A stretch of 64,000 nucleotides of DNA, from NCBI RefSeq assembly GCF_004010195.1, contig NC_057728.1, forward strand, positions 11,097,263 to 11,161,262, given 5' to 3'. The notes beneath the pieces are model-generated. The model saw only the letters and a program-made list of their open reading frames with translations, made no database searches and was not told where the DNA came from. Source of the stretch: Chiloscyllium plagiosum (taxonomy: Eukaryota). This document shows, piece by piece, positions 12,971-25,372 of the stretch (positions are counted from its first letter, which is position 1; each line of letters starts with the position of its first letter). The translations under genes were made by a program, and so were the position numbers.

Positions 12971-13377
12971 TGTTGAAAACAAGATGTTCTTTTTTCCAAG
13001 TGGATATTTTTTACTCAACCTGCCAGATGTGTTATGAAACAGGTGGTACTTGTACTTGGGCCTTCTGGTTCAGACATAGGGTCACTATCACTGTGCGACA
13101 AGATCTTTATGAGAAGCTATGTTTAATGTTTCATTTGTAAGACCACCTCGAGGTTACACAACAATCTCAGCCTAGATGCTGAGTCTCCAAAGTGAGACTA
13201 GAGTCCAAGATCTGTTGACTCAAAGGTATGAGTGCTACCCATGATTCATTTGTATTTAGTAAGAATGGATGTAAGCTCAAAAAGGAGCTGCAACCAAAGG
13301 CTGGGCTGATCCTATTTTGCAACATCTCCTTAGCCCATCACCCTTGATTTGTTGATCTACACTGTCAAGACATGAGG

Positions 13378-13695
13378 GGAGGTAGTGCGTAATGTCACTA
13401 GATTAGTCATCCGGAAACTCAGTCTAATATTCTGAGGATATGAGTGCAAATCCACCATGGTAGACAGCGAAATTTGAATCCAGATTTGAAGTTGACTTAA
13501 TGACAACCATGTAAACCCTACCGCCTGTCGCAAGAACCCACTATTAGCGAAGAAAATCTGCCATCCTTACTTGGTCTGACCTCCATGTGGCATCCAGATC
13601 CACAGCAATGTGGTTGACTCCTAACAGCTTGATGGATAATAATGCCAGCCTAGCCAGCAATGCCCACAACCCATGAATGAACAATAAATAAAAAC
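13378..13695 (+). mobile_element. tRNA-derived SINE (second family)
   Basis: Degenerate A/B-box head (gtaatgtcactagattag..gtgcaaatcc); 3' tail gccagcaatgcccacaacccatgaatgaacaataaa shared with the LINE at 45165. Confidence 0.7.
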
Positions 13696-15118
13696 TAAAA
13701 TAGGTTTGTATTTAAATTCCATGGTCAGGATTTTTCCAATCAAAGTTAGAGAATGGCAGGAAGCAACTCTGCTACTTCTGAGGCCGAATTTTCACCATGC
13801 CTCAGGGCGAGTTCTCTCATTTTTGTGCTTCTTACGTCATTATGCTTGAATGCAAGATGCTGGGTGCATTACTCAGCAAATCATGTGGTGCACAAAATGG
13901 AAGTGCTGAACAGAGCAGAGATCTACTGGTGCCATATTTACATCCCGTCTGGACACCACTACAAGCTAGGAACATGTTCAGCCATCACACTTTGAACCTC
14001 CCTTTCCTAACACACTCATGCAACCAACCATCAGTTCAGCAATACCATATACTACTGAGTGACTCCAATTGAGCGTCAGGTTAGCAACTGGCTTATTCTC
14101 ACAGCTATTTCATTTCAAGAAGTCATCACAAACTCCAAATGGCATCATCCATGCAGAAGTTTCATAAGCACTTCACCCGACCATCTCCCCACAAGTGATT
14201 AGCCGCTAGGGACAGAGATTTAACTCCTGTTCTGTTACCAATGCCTCTCATTCCAATATGTTGAATGCTCCATTGTGTGCACAAGCAATTATTAAGGAAT
14301 TTACAAACCGAGGCTGAAGAAATGGAGCGGAGAAAATATATTAACTTCAAACAGATTTTAAAAACTATCACTTTCCACACAATTAGAAGGAGCGTATGTT
14401 GTCCACCAATCACTTATAAAAATCACCACATTTTTAGGTTAGTTTTGAACTTGGTTTTCCATCTGCAAAACAATGATTAAAACTGCAACAAACACATTAA
14501 ATTTCCATCGTCTCGGTTGAGGTGGATTCTCCATTGTAGGTAATCCTATTTAAAGGTGGACCATCATTTTCAAAATGGTAAACAGATCTCCTAACACTGC
14601 GGCCCCCTCATTTTAGTATTACTTTAGGCAACTGCATCCAGTGAGTGTGCTTGCTGAACTTTCTGTGACCCGCCACGTGTTCTCATGGCAGCAGATGGAA
14701 ACAATACTGGATTCTGTTCAGAACTAGGGGTAATAGCTCTGATTACACTGAAGTGCATTACACATGATTGGATACTACGCATGGGAATCCAGGCATAAAT
14801 TACTTTTGTACACAGCTACAGGGTTGTATAAACAGAGGATAAAATCAATCCTGATTAATTCAATTTTTCCACACACAACGATGCTCACCGGTAGCGACAA
14901 CAAACACGACCAATACTGGCGGCTGGCTTTTCAATCCTGCTTGGGCCAGAGTCTGAGGATGGTGGGGCTGACGACTAACCAATGAGTGAGCAAATGCCTC
15001 TGCTCTTTGTGGAGGCAGAATCAGCCCACAGGGAAAGACCAAACATAAAACACAATCAGAGCTGAAAATGTGTTGCTGGAAAAGCGCAGCAGGTCAGGCA
15101 GCATCCAAGGAGCAGGAG

Positions 15119-15154
15119 AATCGACGTTTCGGGCATGAGCCCTTCTTCAGGAAT
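15119..15154 (-). ncRNA. Minimal type I hammerhead ribozyme motif (sense to ADAMTS20 pre-mRNA)
   Basis: Reverse complement reads AUUC-CUGAAGA-A-GGGC(UCAU)GCCC-GAAA-CGUC-GAUU. Confidence 0.75.
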
Positions 15155-15158
15155 GAGC

Positions 15159-15194
15159 CTTCCTGAAGAAGGGCTTATGCCCGAAACGTCGATT
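15159..15194 (+). ncRNA. Minimal type I hammerhead ribozyme motif
   Basis: CUGAAGA-A-GGGC(UUAU)GCCC-GAAA-CGUC; palindromic ACGU stem III; predicted cleavage after 15190; activity untested. Confidence 0.75.
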
Positions 15195-15771
15195 CTCCTG
15201 CTCCTTGGATGCTGCCTGACCTGCTGCGCTTTTCCAGCAACACATTTTCAGCTCTGATCTCCAGCATCTGCAGTCCTCACTTTCTCCTATAAAACACAAT
15301 CAGTAAGGTTTAGAAATGATCGCTGGACTGATCCTCCACTTTGAAGTTCACAAGCGAGTGGGATCAATAAAAGGGTTAGGCTCACACAGGTTATGCTGGC
15401 GTTTACTTCTGGGGGAGTCATCTGAAAATTTTCAGAATCACTAACAGCCTGAATGAGACCGATTAAATTTTCCAATCGGCTTCCACATTCCAGAACCGGA
15501 AGGGACACCCCCTACACTGACAGGGCTGGATGGGGGTGTGGTGGGGTTGGCAGTGTGGTGTGTAGGCTTGAGAGTGTCCTTGCCAGCTTTGATATGCAGG
15601 AATTGCCATAGGTTGTCCATTGGCTGCACACCTCCCCCACCCTTCCACCCCTCCCCCTCACCAATCACTTCCATTCGTGATGGTGGCCTGACTGCTGAGT
15701 CCATCTTTATAAAGTGATCGCTTAAAAACAGTTGGTGAGAGAACACATCCATAATGAACCATTCTCTCTGT

Positions 15772-15894
15772 ACAAAATTAAAAATCACACATCAGGTTAT
15801 AGTCCAACAGTAGCTTTCGGAGCGCTGCTCCTTCATCGAGTGGTTGTGGGTTTTTAACTTTGTACTCCCCAGTCCAACACCAGCCTCTCCAAAT
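15772..15894. mobile_element. Internally collapsed palindromic PLE-end element (family B)
   Basis: 12-bp TSD cattctctctgt (15760-15771, 15895-15906); same sequence as 26560-26795 with deletions. Confidence 0.85.
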
Positions 15895-16579
15895 CATTCT
15901 CTCTGTGACTTAGTTTCCATAATTCCTCTCAAGCTAGAAGACAGCTGACTGACTCCTCCACCCCACCAGGCTTCCAATGCTCTAACTTGGATAGAGAACC
16001 TGTCTCCACAACAAGGGGTGACTGCTTCCCCTAGGAGGTGGAGGGTAATAGCTTTAGGACCACAAATAGTCCCAATACACTCCTGGTTTCCTACACCCCT
16101 ATGCACCCTCTCTGGGAGGGAAACTCCATTTAACTCATTAGAATCCTTGCTCAAAGAGCCGATTCCTCTGGGAACGTAGTCATTTTGAAACAGACAGTTG
16201 TCAAGTACCTCACCCAATTGAGCAGAGGCTTTAAACAATGCCAGACTAGTCAAACATGCAAAAGTCACCAAGAAGCTCAGTACCAGCCTAATACAGCAGA
16301 GGGATCTTCCAGCAGGATTTGATGAATAGTTCCAATGATCAGAAGCAGGAATTCTGGGTGAAATTTTCCTGCTATTGCTCAGAAATAGATCAAATCTAGG
16401 TCTGGCCTCATAATACATAGAATCCCTACAATGTGGAAGTAGGCCATTCAATCCATTGAGCCCAGATTAATCCTCCCAAGAGCATGCTCTCCTCCCTATC
16501 GACAGAGGTCAAACTCTGGCTGAGTTTTGCATCTCACTTTCAGATTTGACAGAAGTTACAAACCTGGAACCAAAGCATG

Positions 16580-16890
16580 TTATTCTTCATTTGTTTATGG
16601 GATGTGGGTGACAAATGGCCCAGGCCAGTATTTGTTGTCCAGCCTTAATTGTTCTGGAGAAAGTGATGGTGAGCTGCCTCCTTGGATTGCTGCAATCCTG
16701 GAGATGTACGACCACCCAATTCTGCTGTTAGGGAGGGGGTGTCAGGATTTTGACCCAGTGACTGTGAAGAAACTATGATACAGATCCAAGTCAAGATGGT
16801 GTTAGTTGGGGCAGAACCTGCAGGTGGTGGTGTTTCCATACACTTGCTGCCCTTGGCCTTCTAGAGGTTTCAGGTCACTGGTATGGACAG
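16580..16890 (-). mobile_element. 3' end of a second CR1/L2-group LINE family
   Basis: Homologous to 45165-45640 and 29185-29715 (caggattttgacccag...ccaagtcaagatggtg). Confidence 0.7.
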
Positions 16891-16989
16891 CAGTTGAAAA
16901 GTCCTGAGCGTTTGAAATCATTGTACTTGGTTTTCACAATTCATAAAGCAAACCTCTCAGTCTTTGAATGTCTAAGGGCTTAATGCAAT

Positions 16990-17350
16990 TAGTCAGTGGC
17001 TCATGAAAAGGAAATATTCTTGACAAATTTGCTGGAATCATTTAAGCAGTGATGAACAGGATTGATAAAAGGGATGTAATTTATTTGCATTTTCCAAAGG
17101 TATTTGATAAGGTACCACACTTGAAAGTAATAATAAAATGTTGGAGGGAATATGTTGGCATGGATAGAGGATTGGTTAACTAATAGAACACAGATTTGGG
17201 TTGTGGGGTGGGGAGGGGGATGGTGTGGGAGGGAGCATTTTCAGGATAGCAACTAATGGAATGCAGCAGGGATCAGTACAATATATATTTACTTTATCTT
17301 TTTATGACATGGATGACGAAAACGAATACACTGTAGCTAGTGGAAAGAAC
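16990..17350 (+). mobile_element. CR1 RT fragment, degenerate
   Basis: Remnants of VIYLHFPKVFDKVPH, LAWIEDWLTNR and QQGSV motifs. Confidence 0.7.
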
Positions 17351-17975
17351 AGTGAAGATATCAGGGAATGAACTGTCGCGCCAGCAGATAACGATTAGAA
17401 TGAGGCTTTCAGCAGGGTCATGGTGAGGGCGGGATGTTAGTCAGCAACAGTCTACATTTCAGCTGAAAGAAAGTACCATGGGTGGTCACAATCTCAGCAG
17501 GTGACCAAGTTAAAAGCAAGACCAACCCAACTTTGCCAAATATGAGCAACTCTAAGATATTACGTCTCCAGGATTTGATGTTAGTGATGCTGTCGATCAA
17601 CACCACTCAGTGGAAGTGTAGAGATGTACAAGATAGGCTACAAACCAAGAACTATATGAAGCTGTGCAATGTAGGACAGATAGTGGAAACAAATGGGAAA
17701 ACTGAACAGTGTGCAACATGGCAATGAAGTGAGATGAACATCGAGCCATCGTAATGGCACATTCTCAGTGCATTTATAGCAAGATCAACACAGGATTACA
17801 GGAATGGATGAACACTAAGTGCCAGATAGGCCGTGCGGTCCACCATGGAGCAGTAGTTTTGCCAAGTGATTGTTGCTGTTCCCTAGGTTGGTTTGTCCTC
17901 CCAGCCTCATTTCCTCAGAGCACAAAGTGCAGCAAAGTCAGAGATGCACCGAGAGAGAATCATTGATGGTTTTCA

Positions 17976-20138
17976 AGGTTTGTGTAAAGATTTGTAGCTC
18001 GGGTTGTGGTTGTGGGTATGTTCGCCGAGCTGGGAAGTTGATTTGCAGATGTTTTGCCCCTTGTCTAGGTTACACATTCAGTGCATTCGAGCCTCCTGTG
18101 CTGTACTGTCTCTTCTGGAATTTATGTGGTTCCGTTTCTGCTGTTTCCGACTGTTCTTTGTAGTAGCCAGCATATTGGGCCTTGGTCAATGTGCTTGTTG
18201 ATAAGAGTCCGTGGCTGAGTGCCATGCTTCTAAAAATCCTCTAGCTTTCCTCTGTTTAGCTTGTCCTATGATTGTTGTGTTGTCCCAGTTGTCATCTGTG
18301 TATGTCAATCAGGGATAGCTGGTCGTGGCATTTAGTGGTTAGTGAGTGTTCGTGGTTGCAGATTGTTAGTTGTCTGCCTGTTTCTCTTAGACAGCGTTTC
18401 ATGCAGTCTTTGCATGGAATTCTGTAAATAACGTTTGTCTTGCACATGATGTGTATAGGGTCTTTTGTCCTGGTGAGTTGTTGTCTGAGCATGGTTCTCG
18501 GTTTATGGGCTGTTATGGATCTGAGTGGTCAGATAAGTCTGGTTGTCAGTTTTCTTTTGTGTAAGGTAGCCTGGCTAGTGAATTAGGTCATGGGGTGCAG
18601 GTGAACTTGAGGGGATATCCATTCTTGGCAAATACTCTGGAGAGGTGTTCTTCTTCCCTTTTTAGATTAGATTCCCTACAGGGTGGAATGTCCTAGTTCC
18701 TCTCAAGCTAGAAGACATCTGACTGACTTCCTCCATCCCGCCAAGCTTCCACTGCTCTAACTTGGATAGATTAGAGCATTTTTAGATTAGATTCCCTACA
18801 GGGCGGAAACAGGCCCTTCAGCCCAGCAAGTCCACACCGTCCCTCTGAAGAGTAGCCCACCCAGACCCATTCACCTACTCCCTACTAATGCACCTATCAA
18901 TATGGGCAATTTAGCATGGCCAATTCACCTAACCTGCACATCTTTGGACTGTGGAAGGAAACCGGAGCACCCGGAGGAAACCCACGCAGACACAGGGAGA
19001 ATGTACAAACTGTACATAGACGGTCACCCGAGGCTGGAATCGAACCCGGGTCCCTGGCACTGCGAGGCAGCAGCGCTAACCAATGAGCCATTGTGCCGGG
19101 AAGGGTGCAGTGTGTTGTAGCCCTTTTGAACAGGTCCTAACGCAGCTCCTCTTGCATGTGTTCGGGGGGTTGCTGATGCAATTCAGGTCCTTGTCAGTGT
19201 GAGTGGCTTTCCTGTCCACCTTTGTGGTCCATTCACCATTCTGTGTTCTTTGTACCATCACATCTCGGAATGGGAGTTGATTGTTGGTTCCTTTCTCTCT
19301 TGTAAATCTGATCGTTGAGAGTATGGTGTTGATAATCCAGTGTGTGACCTCAATATCTGTTCTCTTAATGATAACAAAAGTGGCATCTATGCATCTGATC
19401 CAGAGTTTGGGTTGGATCTTTGCATCACTGCTTCTGCTCTGAGCCCAGAGATGGGTGAGCCCATAGGTGTCCCATTGATCTGTTCATGTATTTGGTTGTT
19501 GAATGTTAAGTGTGTTGTCAAGCACAAGTCTAGTACTTTGAGTATGCAGTCCTTGATGATAGGTTCCCTGTCGTGTTGTCTGTTCTGCCGGTCCAGGACA
19601 TTGGCTATTGTCTCTCTGACTAGGCGTTTGACAATTGATATGAACAGTGCCATTACATTGAATGAGATCATTGTCTCGTCCTTGTCTATGTCTATGTTCT
19701 TGATGTTGTCTAGGAATTCCTGTGATGATTGAATGGAGTGTTTGCATCCGCTAATAAGATCCACATCCACAAACAGCATCTAGCCACTAAACACCACGAC
19801 TAGCTGTGCCTAGTAGCCACACACTCAGATGACAAGGGTCACAAATTCGACTGGGACAACACAATGATCATAGGACCAGCTAAATAGAGGACAGCATGGC
19901 ACTCAGCCACAGACTCCATCAACAAGCACATAGACCTAGACCCAATATACCGGTCACTACAATGAACAACTGGAATTGGCAATTGGAAGTAGCAGGAACA
20001 GAACCAAATAAATTCCAGAAGACACAGTACAGCAGCACTTCACAGGAGGCTCCAAAGCGCTGAACATGTCACCAAGACAGGGCACAAAACATCTGCAAAT
20101 CAACTTCCCAGCTCAGCGACCATACCCACAACCACGAC
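17976..20138 (-). mobile_element. Penelope-like retrotransposon (Poseidon-like), 5'-truncated, with an inverted duplicate of its 3' end
   Basis: RT motifs ETMISFNVMALF and QINGTPMGSPISG; GIY-YIG-like NVIYRIPCKDCMKRCLRETGRQL; plus-strand 19775-20137 mirrors about 17995-18350; TSD aatcattgatggttttca (17958) / aatcatcgatgtttttca (20139). Confidence 0.9.
18781..19097 (-). mobile_element. HE1-type SINE, full length, nested in the Penelope element
   Basis: A box tggctcattgg and B box ggttcgattcc on the minus strand; (TCTAA) tail. Confidence 0.92.
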
Positions 20139-21789
20139 AATCATCGATGTTTTTCAGATGCTAACTGAGAGGAAATCTACTGTTTCTGCCAGTTACACTA
20201 TTTATTTTTCAAGAGCAATATTTACTCACACATTGGAGTATTAGGAAGTTTAAATTATTCAATTATATTTCCAAGAATGAGTTAAGGAGACAGCAGTGAC
20301 AAAATTAATTGAATCTGATATAATATAAAAGAAATAAACAAACAGAAAGATTCTATGCAGAGCTTGTTTTCCAAACGTGCTTAATTTTGGCAATGTCTTA
20401 ACAGTGTTTAAAATACAGACTGGATTAATGTTCCTGAAAGTAGAAAGGTGGGGAAGGAAATCAAAAATAAATCCTTACACAGTCAATTGTCAAGCCTCAA
20501 CAACCGCAATTTCCGAAGGAAAGAAAAGACAGATTTTTGTCTTGAACAATGAAGAACTGCTTTTTTAAAAAAATTCAGTTCCACTCGGAAGAGATAAATG
20601 AGTGACTGCAGTCAGAAGGAGCTCAGGGCAGGCCTGGAGGACTCCAACATTCACTTTGTGCCTCACGGATCACACCACCATTCAAAGGTTCTCGCTCTCT
20701 TTCTCTGTTAAACTTATCAGTTTGGCAGTTACTTCAACTATGCTATGGGTTCCAAGCCAGCATCACTTTATTTATATTCCTTGGCTCCCATTGCATTAAC
20801 ACTGCCCCAGGAGAAAACGCTGTATATTTCTGCTCACACAGGATAGCTGAACTCCCTTCACACTAGAAAACATTCCAAGCACGTAGAAAGAGTAGCATCT
20901 GCAATCTCCAAACATTTAAATCAACTCCAGCTCAGTTTCACACAGGTTCAGGATGGCTAAAGTAATCACACTAGTCATATTAGAACTAGGTTTGACATAG
21001 CACAGGATTTAAGCTACAAGAAAATAATTTTGTCAGTGTACCATAGCTCAAGCCAGGAAAACCTAAAAGATCAGTAAGCTTTAAGCATAAATACCTTGGA
21101 TTTGGGAGTCAATGCAAATTGAATGGCACTTGTCATTCATTCCCTTTACAGTTGCCCACAGATGCTTTGTAATCATTTCAGCAGCAACTACTGCTAATTG
21201 GGATGATTCAACGCAGTTCCATGTGTGTGTGATCACGCACAGGTATGTGAGAGTGACTGAGCATTGCGGGTGGGAGAGAGATTAAAGAATCCTCATTGAA
21301 CTTGACAGAGTCTAAGCCAGGAATATTTCATTCAATACAAAATATTGTACAGAAGGGAAAATAAAGTGGAAGGTAAGAAAAATGAAACGTATCGATGCAA
21401 AGAACTATAAGAGACAAAAACCAAAATGAAAAGCAATTGAACTCTACATAAACAAAATTAAAATTTCAGTGTAAGAGGTTGTCTTCCAATTATTAATTAG
21501 TTATCAATAATGCAACTGAAGTTTAACTAACAGATAAGTATAGCAACGTCATGCCTTGAATGTATTTTAAAGATGAGTCTATCAGTCAGGTATAGTCCAG
21601 TGAAGATTGCGGAGGGCCACAGTAAATTAGACAGCACCTTCCCGATTTACATCTTATTGCCAAATTTACTTCTCAATACTAATGAGCACCAATATCCTCA
21701 CTGTTACTCTCACTGTAAAATTTGTGTCTCATCACAACTACAGATGTACCCTTCAAAAACTGTTGAAACCTTTGCACTCAACCTTATTT

Positions 21790-22110
21790 CTCAAGTGCTC
21801 TATTTCTGGAAAATGCCTCGAATCTCTTAACTTTTTACCTCCTTATTCTCAATCTTATTCATACTTCACCTTTCTCTCATTTTATTGCTATCTTTCCTTC
21901 CGTCTCTGTCGCATTCCTCTCTTTTCTTGTTCCTTCCCTGATTATCTCTCTCTTTGCCTATCCACAAATTCTGCTCATCTTTTTCTACCCTCACCCTTGC
22001 TCCCACACTCCCAATCTCCCTGTTGCACCATCATTTTGATTTCTTTCCCAGTCTCATTTGTCTCAATGCTTCCCAATTTTTTTCAATTTTGTCTTGTTCT
22101 CTTTCTCTCC
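21790..22110 (+). repeat. Pyrimidine-rich low-complexity tract
   Basis: CT-rich degenerate sequence; accounts for the spurious 172-aa ORF. Confidence 0.7.
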
Positions 22111-22534
22111 GTCGCCCACACTCGACCTTCATCTTCCAGCTGCGACTCAAAGTGGGAGTCCACTGAGCAACCAGCAGCTGGACCCAGTATTATTGGGTAA
22201 TTAGGAGGAGCATTCCAGTTCACTCTAACCCCAGAAAGAGAGAGATGTTTTGTGAGGGACCTCCAGTGCTTCTAATATGGGTACTGGTCAAGCCACCGGT
22301 ACCAGAGGATGCAGTAAGCAGGCATGTAGTCCACTACAGGTACTGGAAATCAGAAATGGAATCTTACAATGTCTGTAATTAAATGAATTCCTGTGTCAGC
22401 TTTGGCTGGGAGACCTGGACATTGCAGTTTAGGCAAATCAGTTTAGCAGGCCATTGGCCAAAACCAATCTCCATGTCATCTTGACACAAGTGTGGACCAA
22501 AGCATCGTGGGACTAGGCTCAATTACTAGGCTCA

Positions 22535-22660
22535 GGATGAAGGGCTCCTGCCCAAAACGTCGATTCCCCTGCTCCTCGGATGCTGCCTGACCTGCTGTGC
22601 TTTTCCAGCATCAAACACTCTCGACTCTGATCTCCAGCATCTGCAGTCCTCACTTTCACT
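22535..22660 (+). mobile_element. Solo PLE-end element with tail (family A), HHR decayed
   Basis: gatgaagggctcctgcccaaaacgtcgattcccctg...ctccagcatctgcagtcctcacttt. Confidence 0.85.
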
Positions 22661-22899
22661 CTCTCAGTTCCACACAGGCACAGTTTCACTTCTGCGTAAA
22701 AGAGGAATTGAAAATTAAACATACATTTTCTCTGATTTGTGGCTACCTAAATGATGGAGCAATAAATGAAAATTCACCATGGAAACGGAATGATTGGATA
22801 CCCTGTCGAAAATCACTTCCTGGTGATTTTCTAGAAGAATGAAGCCTCCAAGCCGGCACCAACATATTTTGCCCTTCTATATTAAAAGTGTCTTCACTT

Positions 22900-24770
22900 A
22901 CAGGATCTGTACCCCTCTATTCTCTTCCTATTCATGTATTTGTTCAGATACTCTTTGAATCCTGCTGTTGTGTCTGCTTCCACCACCTCTTCTGGCATTG
23001 CGTTCCAGGCACTCACCACCCTTTGAGTGAAAAGCATGCCTTGCACATCTCTTTTAAACTTACCCCCTCACCTCTTGAGCCTGTATCCCCTAGTAATTGA
23101 CCCCTCCACTCCCAGGAGAAGCCTCAAACGTTTCACTCTATCCATGCCACACAATCTTATAAACGTCTATCAGGCCGCCTCTCAACCTCTTACATTCCTG
23201 TGAAAACATACCCAATCTATCCAACCTTTCTTCATAGCTAAAATTCCCCCATACCAGGCAACATCTTGGTAAACCTTGCTGTACCTTTTGAAAAGTATCC
23301 ACATCCTTCTAGTAGTGTGGTGACCAGAACTGCATGCAATATTCCAAGTGTGGCCTAACTAAAGTTCTATAAAGCCGCAGCATAACTTGTCTATCCTTAT
23401 ACCCAATGTACCTTCCAATGAAGGCAAGCATGTCATAGGCCTTTTTTTTCCCACTTTCTCTACATGCACTGCCACTTTCGGTGAAACATGGATCTGCACA
23501 CCCAGATCCCTCTGCATATCAATACTCCTAAGGGTTATGCCATTCACTGTATAATTTCTACCTGTACTTGACCTTCCAAAATGCATCAGCTCACATTTGC
23601 CCGGATTAAACACCACCTGCCATTTTTCTGCACATGCCTCCAACTGATTTATATCCTGCCGTATCCTCTGACAATCCTCCTCACGAGACGTAGGTTAGGC
23701 CACTTTTGCAATATTGTGTGCAATTCTTGTCTCCCCCTTATAGGAAGGATGTTGTGAAACTTGGCAGGGTTCAGAAAAGATTTATAAGGATGTTACCAGA
23801 GTTGGAGGGTTTGAGTTAGAGGGAGAGGCTGAATTCGTTAGGGCGGTTTTCCCTGGAGCATCGGAGTCTGAGGCTTGAACTTATAGAAGTTTATAAAATC
23901 ATGAGAGGCACAGATAGGGTAAATAGATAAGGTATTTTCTCTGGGTTGGGGGAGTCCAGAACTAGAGGGCATAGGTTTAGGGTGAGAGGGAAAAGATCTA
24001 AAAGGGCCCTAAGGGGCAACTTTTTCATGCAGAGGGTGGTGCGTGTATGGAATGAACTGCCAGAGGAAGTGTTGGAGACTGGTATAATTACAATATTTAA
24101 AAGGCATCTGGATGGGTATATGAATAGCAAGGATTTAGAGGGATGTGGATGAAGTGCTGGCAAATGGGACTAGATTAGGTTAGGATCTCAGGTCGGCATG
24201 GACTGAAGGGTCTGTTTTCATGCTGTACATCTCTATGATTCTATCGGCAACGCCACCAATCTTTGTATCATCTGCAAACTTACAAATTGGACCAGCTACA
24301 TTTTTCTCTAAATAATTTATGTAGATCACAAACAGCAGAGATCCCAGCACTGATTCCTGTGGAACACCATTAGTCACAGCCCTCCATTCTGAAAAGCATC
24401 CTTCCACCACTAACCTCTGTCTCTTATGACTAAGCTAGCTCTGTTTCCACCTTACCAGCTCACACCTGATACCATGTGACTTCACTTTTTGTACCAGCCT
24501 GCCATGAGGGACCTTGTCAAAGGCTTTACTGAAGTTGACAGCATCAACCATTTTTCCCACAGCAACCATCTTCGTTTCCTCCTCAAAAAAACTCGATCAA
24601 GTTAGTGAAGCATGATCTCACCCTCACAAGACCATGTTGTCTGTCACTAATCAGTCCATTTGCTTCGAAGTGTTTCTGGATTTTGTCCTTGAGAATCTTT
24701 TCCAATCATTTCCCTGCCCCTGATGTGAGGCTCACAGGCCTGTAATTTCCAGGATTAACCTTATGACCCT
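22900..24770 (-). mobile_element. CR1 LINE RT region, split by an opposite-strand CR1 3' fragment
   Basis: SEWRAVTNGVPQESVLGSLLFVIYINYL..KFADDTKIGG and AEKWQVVFNPGKCELMHFGR are collinear on either side of 23686-24244. Confidence 0.9.
23686..24244 (+). mobile_element. CR1 (HER1-like) 3' fragment nested in the CR1 above
   Basis: GESRTRGHRFRVRG..LRGNFFMQRVVRVWNELPEEV; tail ctctatgattctat. Confidence 0.9.
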
Positions 24771-25054
24771 TTCATTTTAACCTAGGTGTGTGGGCAGCAG
24801 ATAACAGCAGAAAGTGCCTTTCTTCTGTTTTCCCACAATAGTCAGTGGTCACTGTCCAGGAAATCAGACAGAGTGCAATGCTGCAGGGCAGCTAGCAAAA
24901 GTGGTACTGTAGCATAATACCTGCTGCATTAGGTTGTGTGTGTGTGTGGGGGGAGGGTGCGGGGGCGGGCAGATAGATATGGGATGGAGCTTTTAAAAAA
25001 GGTTTTAAATAGTATTGTCACCAAGTGCCAGAATTGGATCCACATGTTAAAGAC

Positions 25055-25372
25055 TAGATTGGATTCCCTACAGTATGGAAACAGGCCATTTGGCCCAATA
25101 TGGTCCACACCGACCCACCAAAGAGTAACCCAACAAGACCCATTCTGCTACCCTATATTTACACCTGCCTAATGCACCTAACACTGTGGGCAATTTAGCA
25201 TGACCAATTCACCTGACCTGCACATGGTTGGATTTGTGGGAGGAAACAGGAGCACCCGGAGGAAACCCATGCAGACACGGGGAGAATGTGCAAACTCCAC
25301 ACAGACAGTCACCGAAGACTTGGATCAAACCCTGGATCCCTGACACTGTGAGGCAGCAGTGCTAACCACTGA
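25055..25372 (-). mobile_element. HE1-type SINE
   Basis: Near full-length homolog of 55489-55792. Confidence 0.9.

Larger units (their letters stand above)
15060..15288. mobile_element. Young palindromic PLE-end element (family A) with intact HHR cores on both strands
   Basis: 15-bp TSD ataaaacacaatcag (15045-15059, 15289-15303); arms 15055-15153 / 15160-15258 with one mismatch and a 6-nt loop; 30-nt unpaired tail. Confidence 0.95.

Noticed and set aside
15055-15258. Palindromes as DNA-transposon MITEs, pre-miRNAs or CRISPR-like repeats
   Set aside because: TSD lengths vary, ends are asymmetric with a one-sided tail, and the repeat is the 3' end of a PLE at 43348; there is no repeat-spacer array.
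15894-16451. 185-aa minus-strand ORF
   Set aside because: Begins in a SINE tail, shows no recognisable domain, and part of it recurs at 18689, suggesting a repeat.
21682-22200. 172-aa hydrophobic ORF
   Set aside because: Product of a pyrimidine-rich tract that lacks stop codons.
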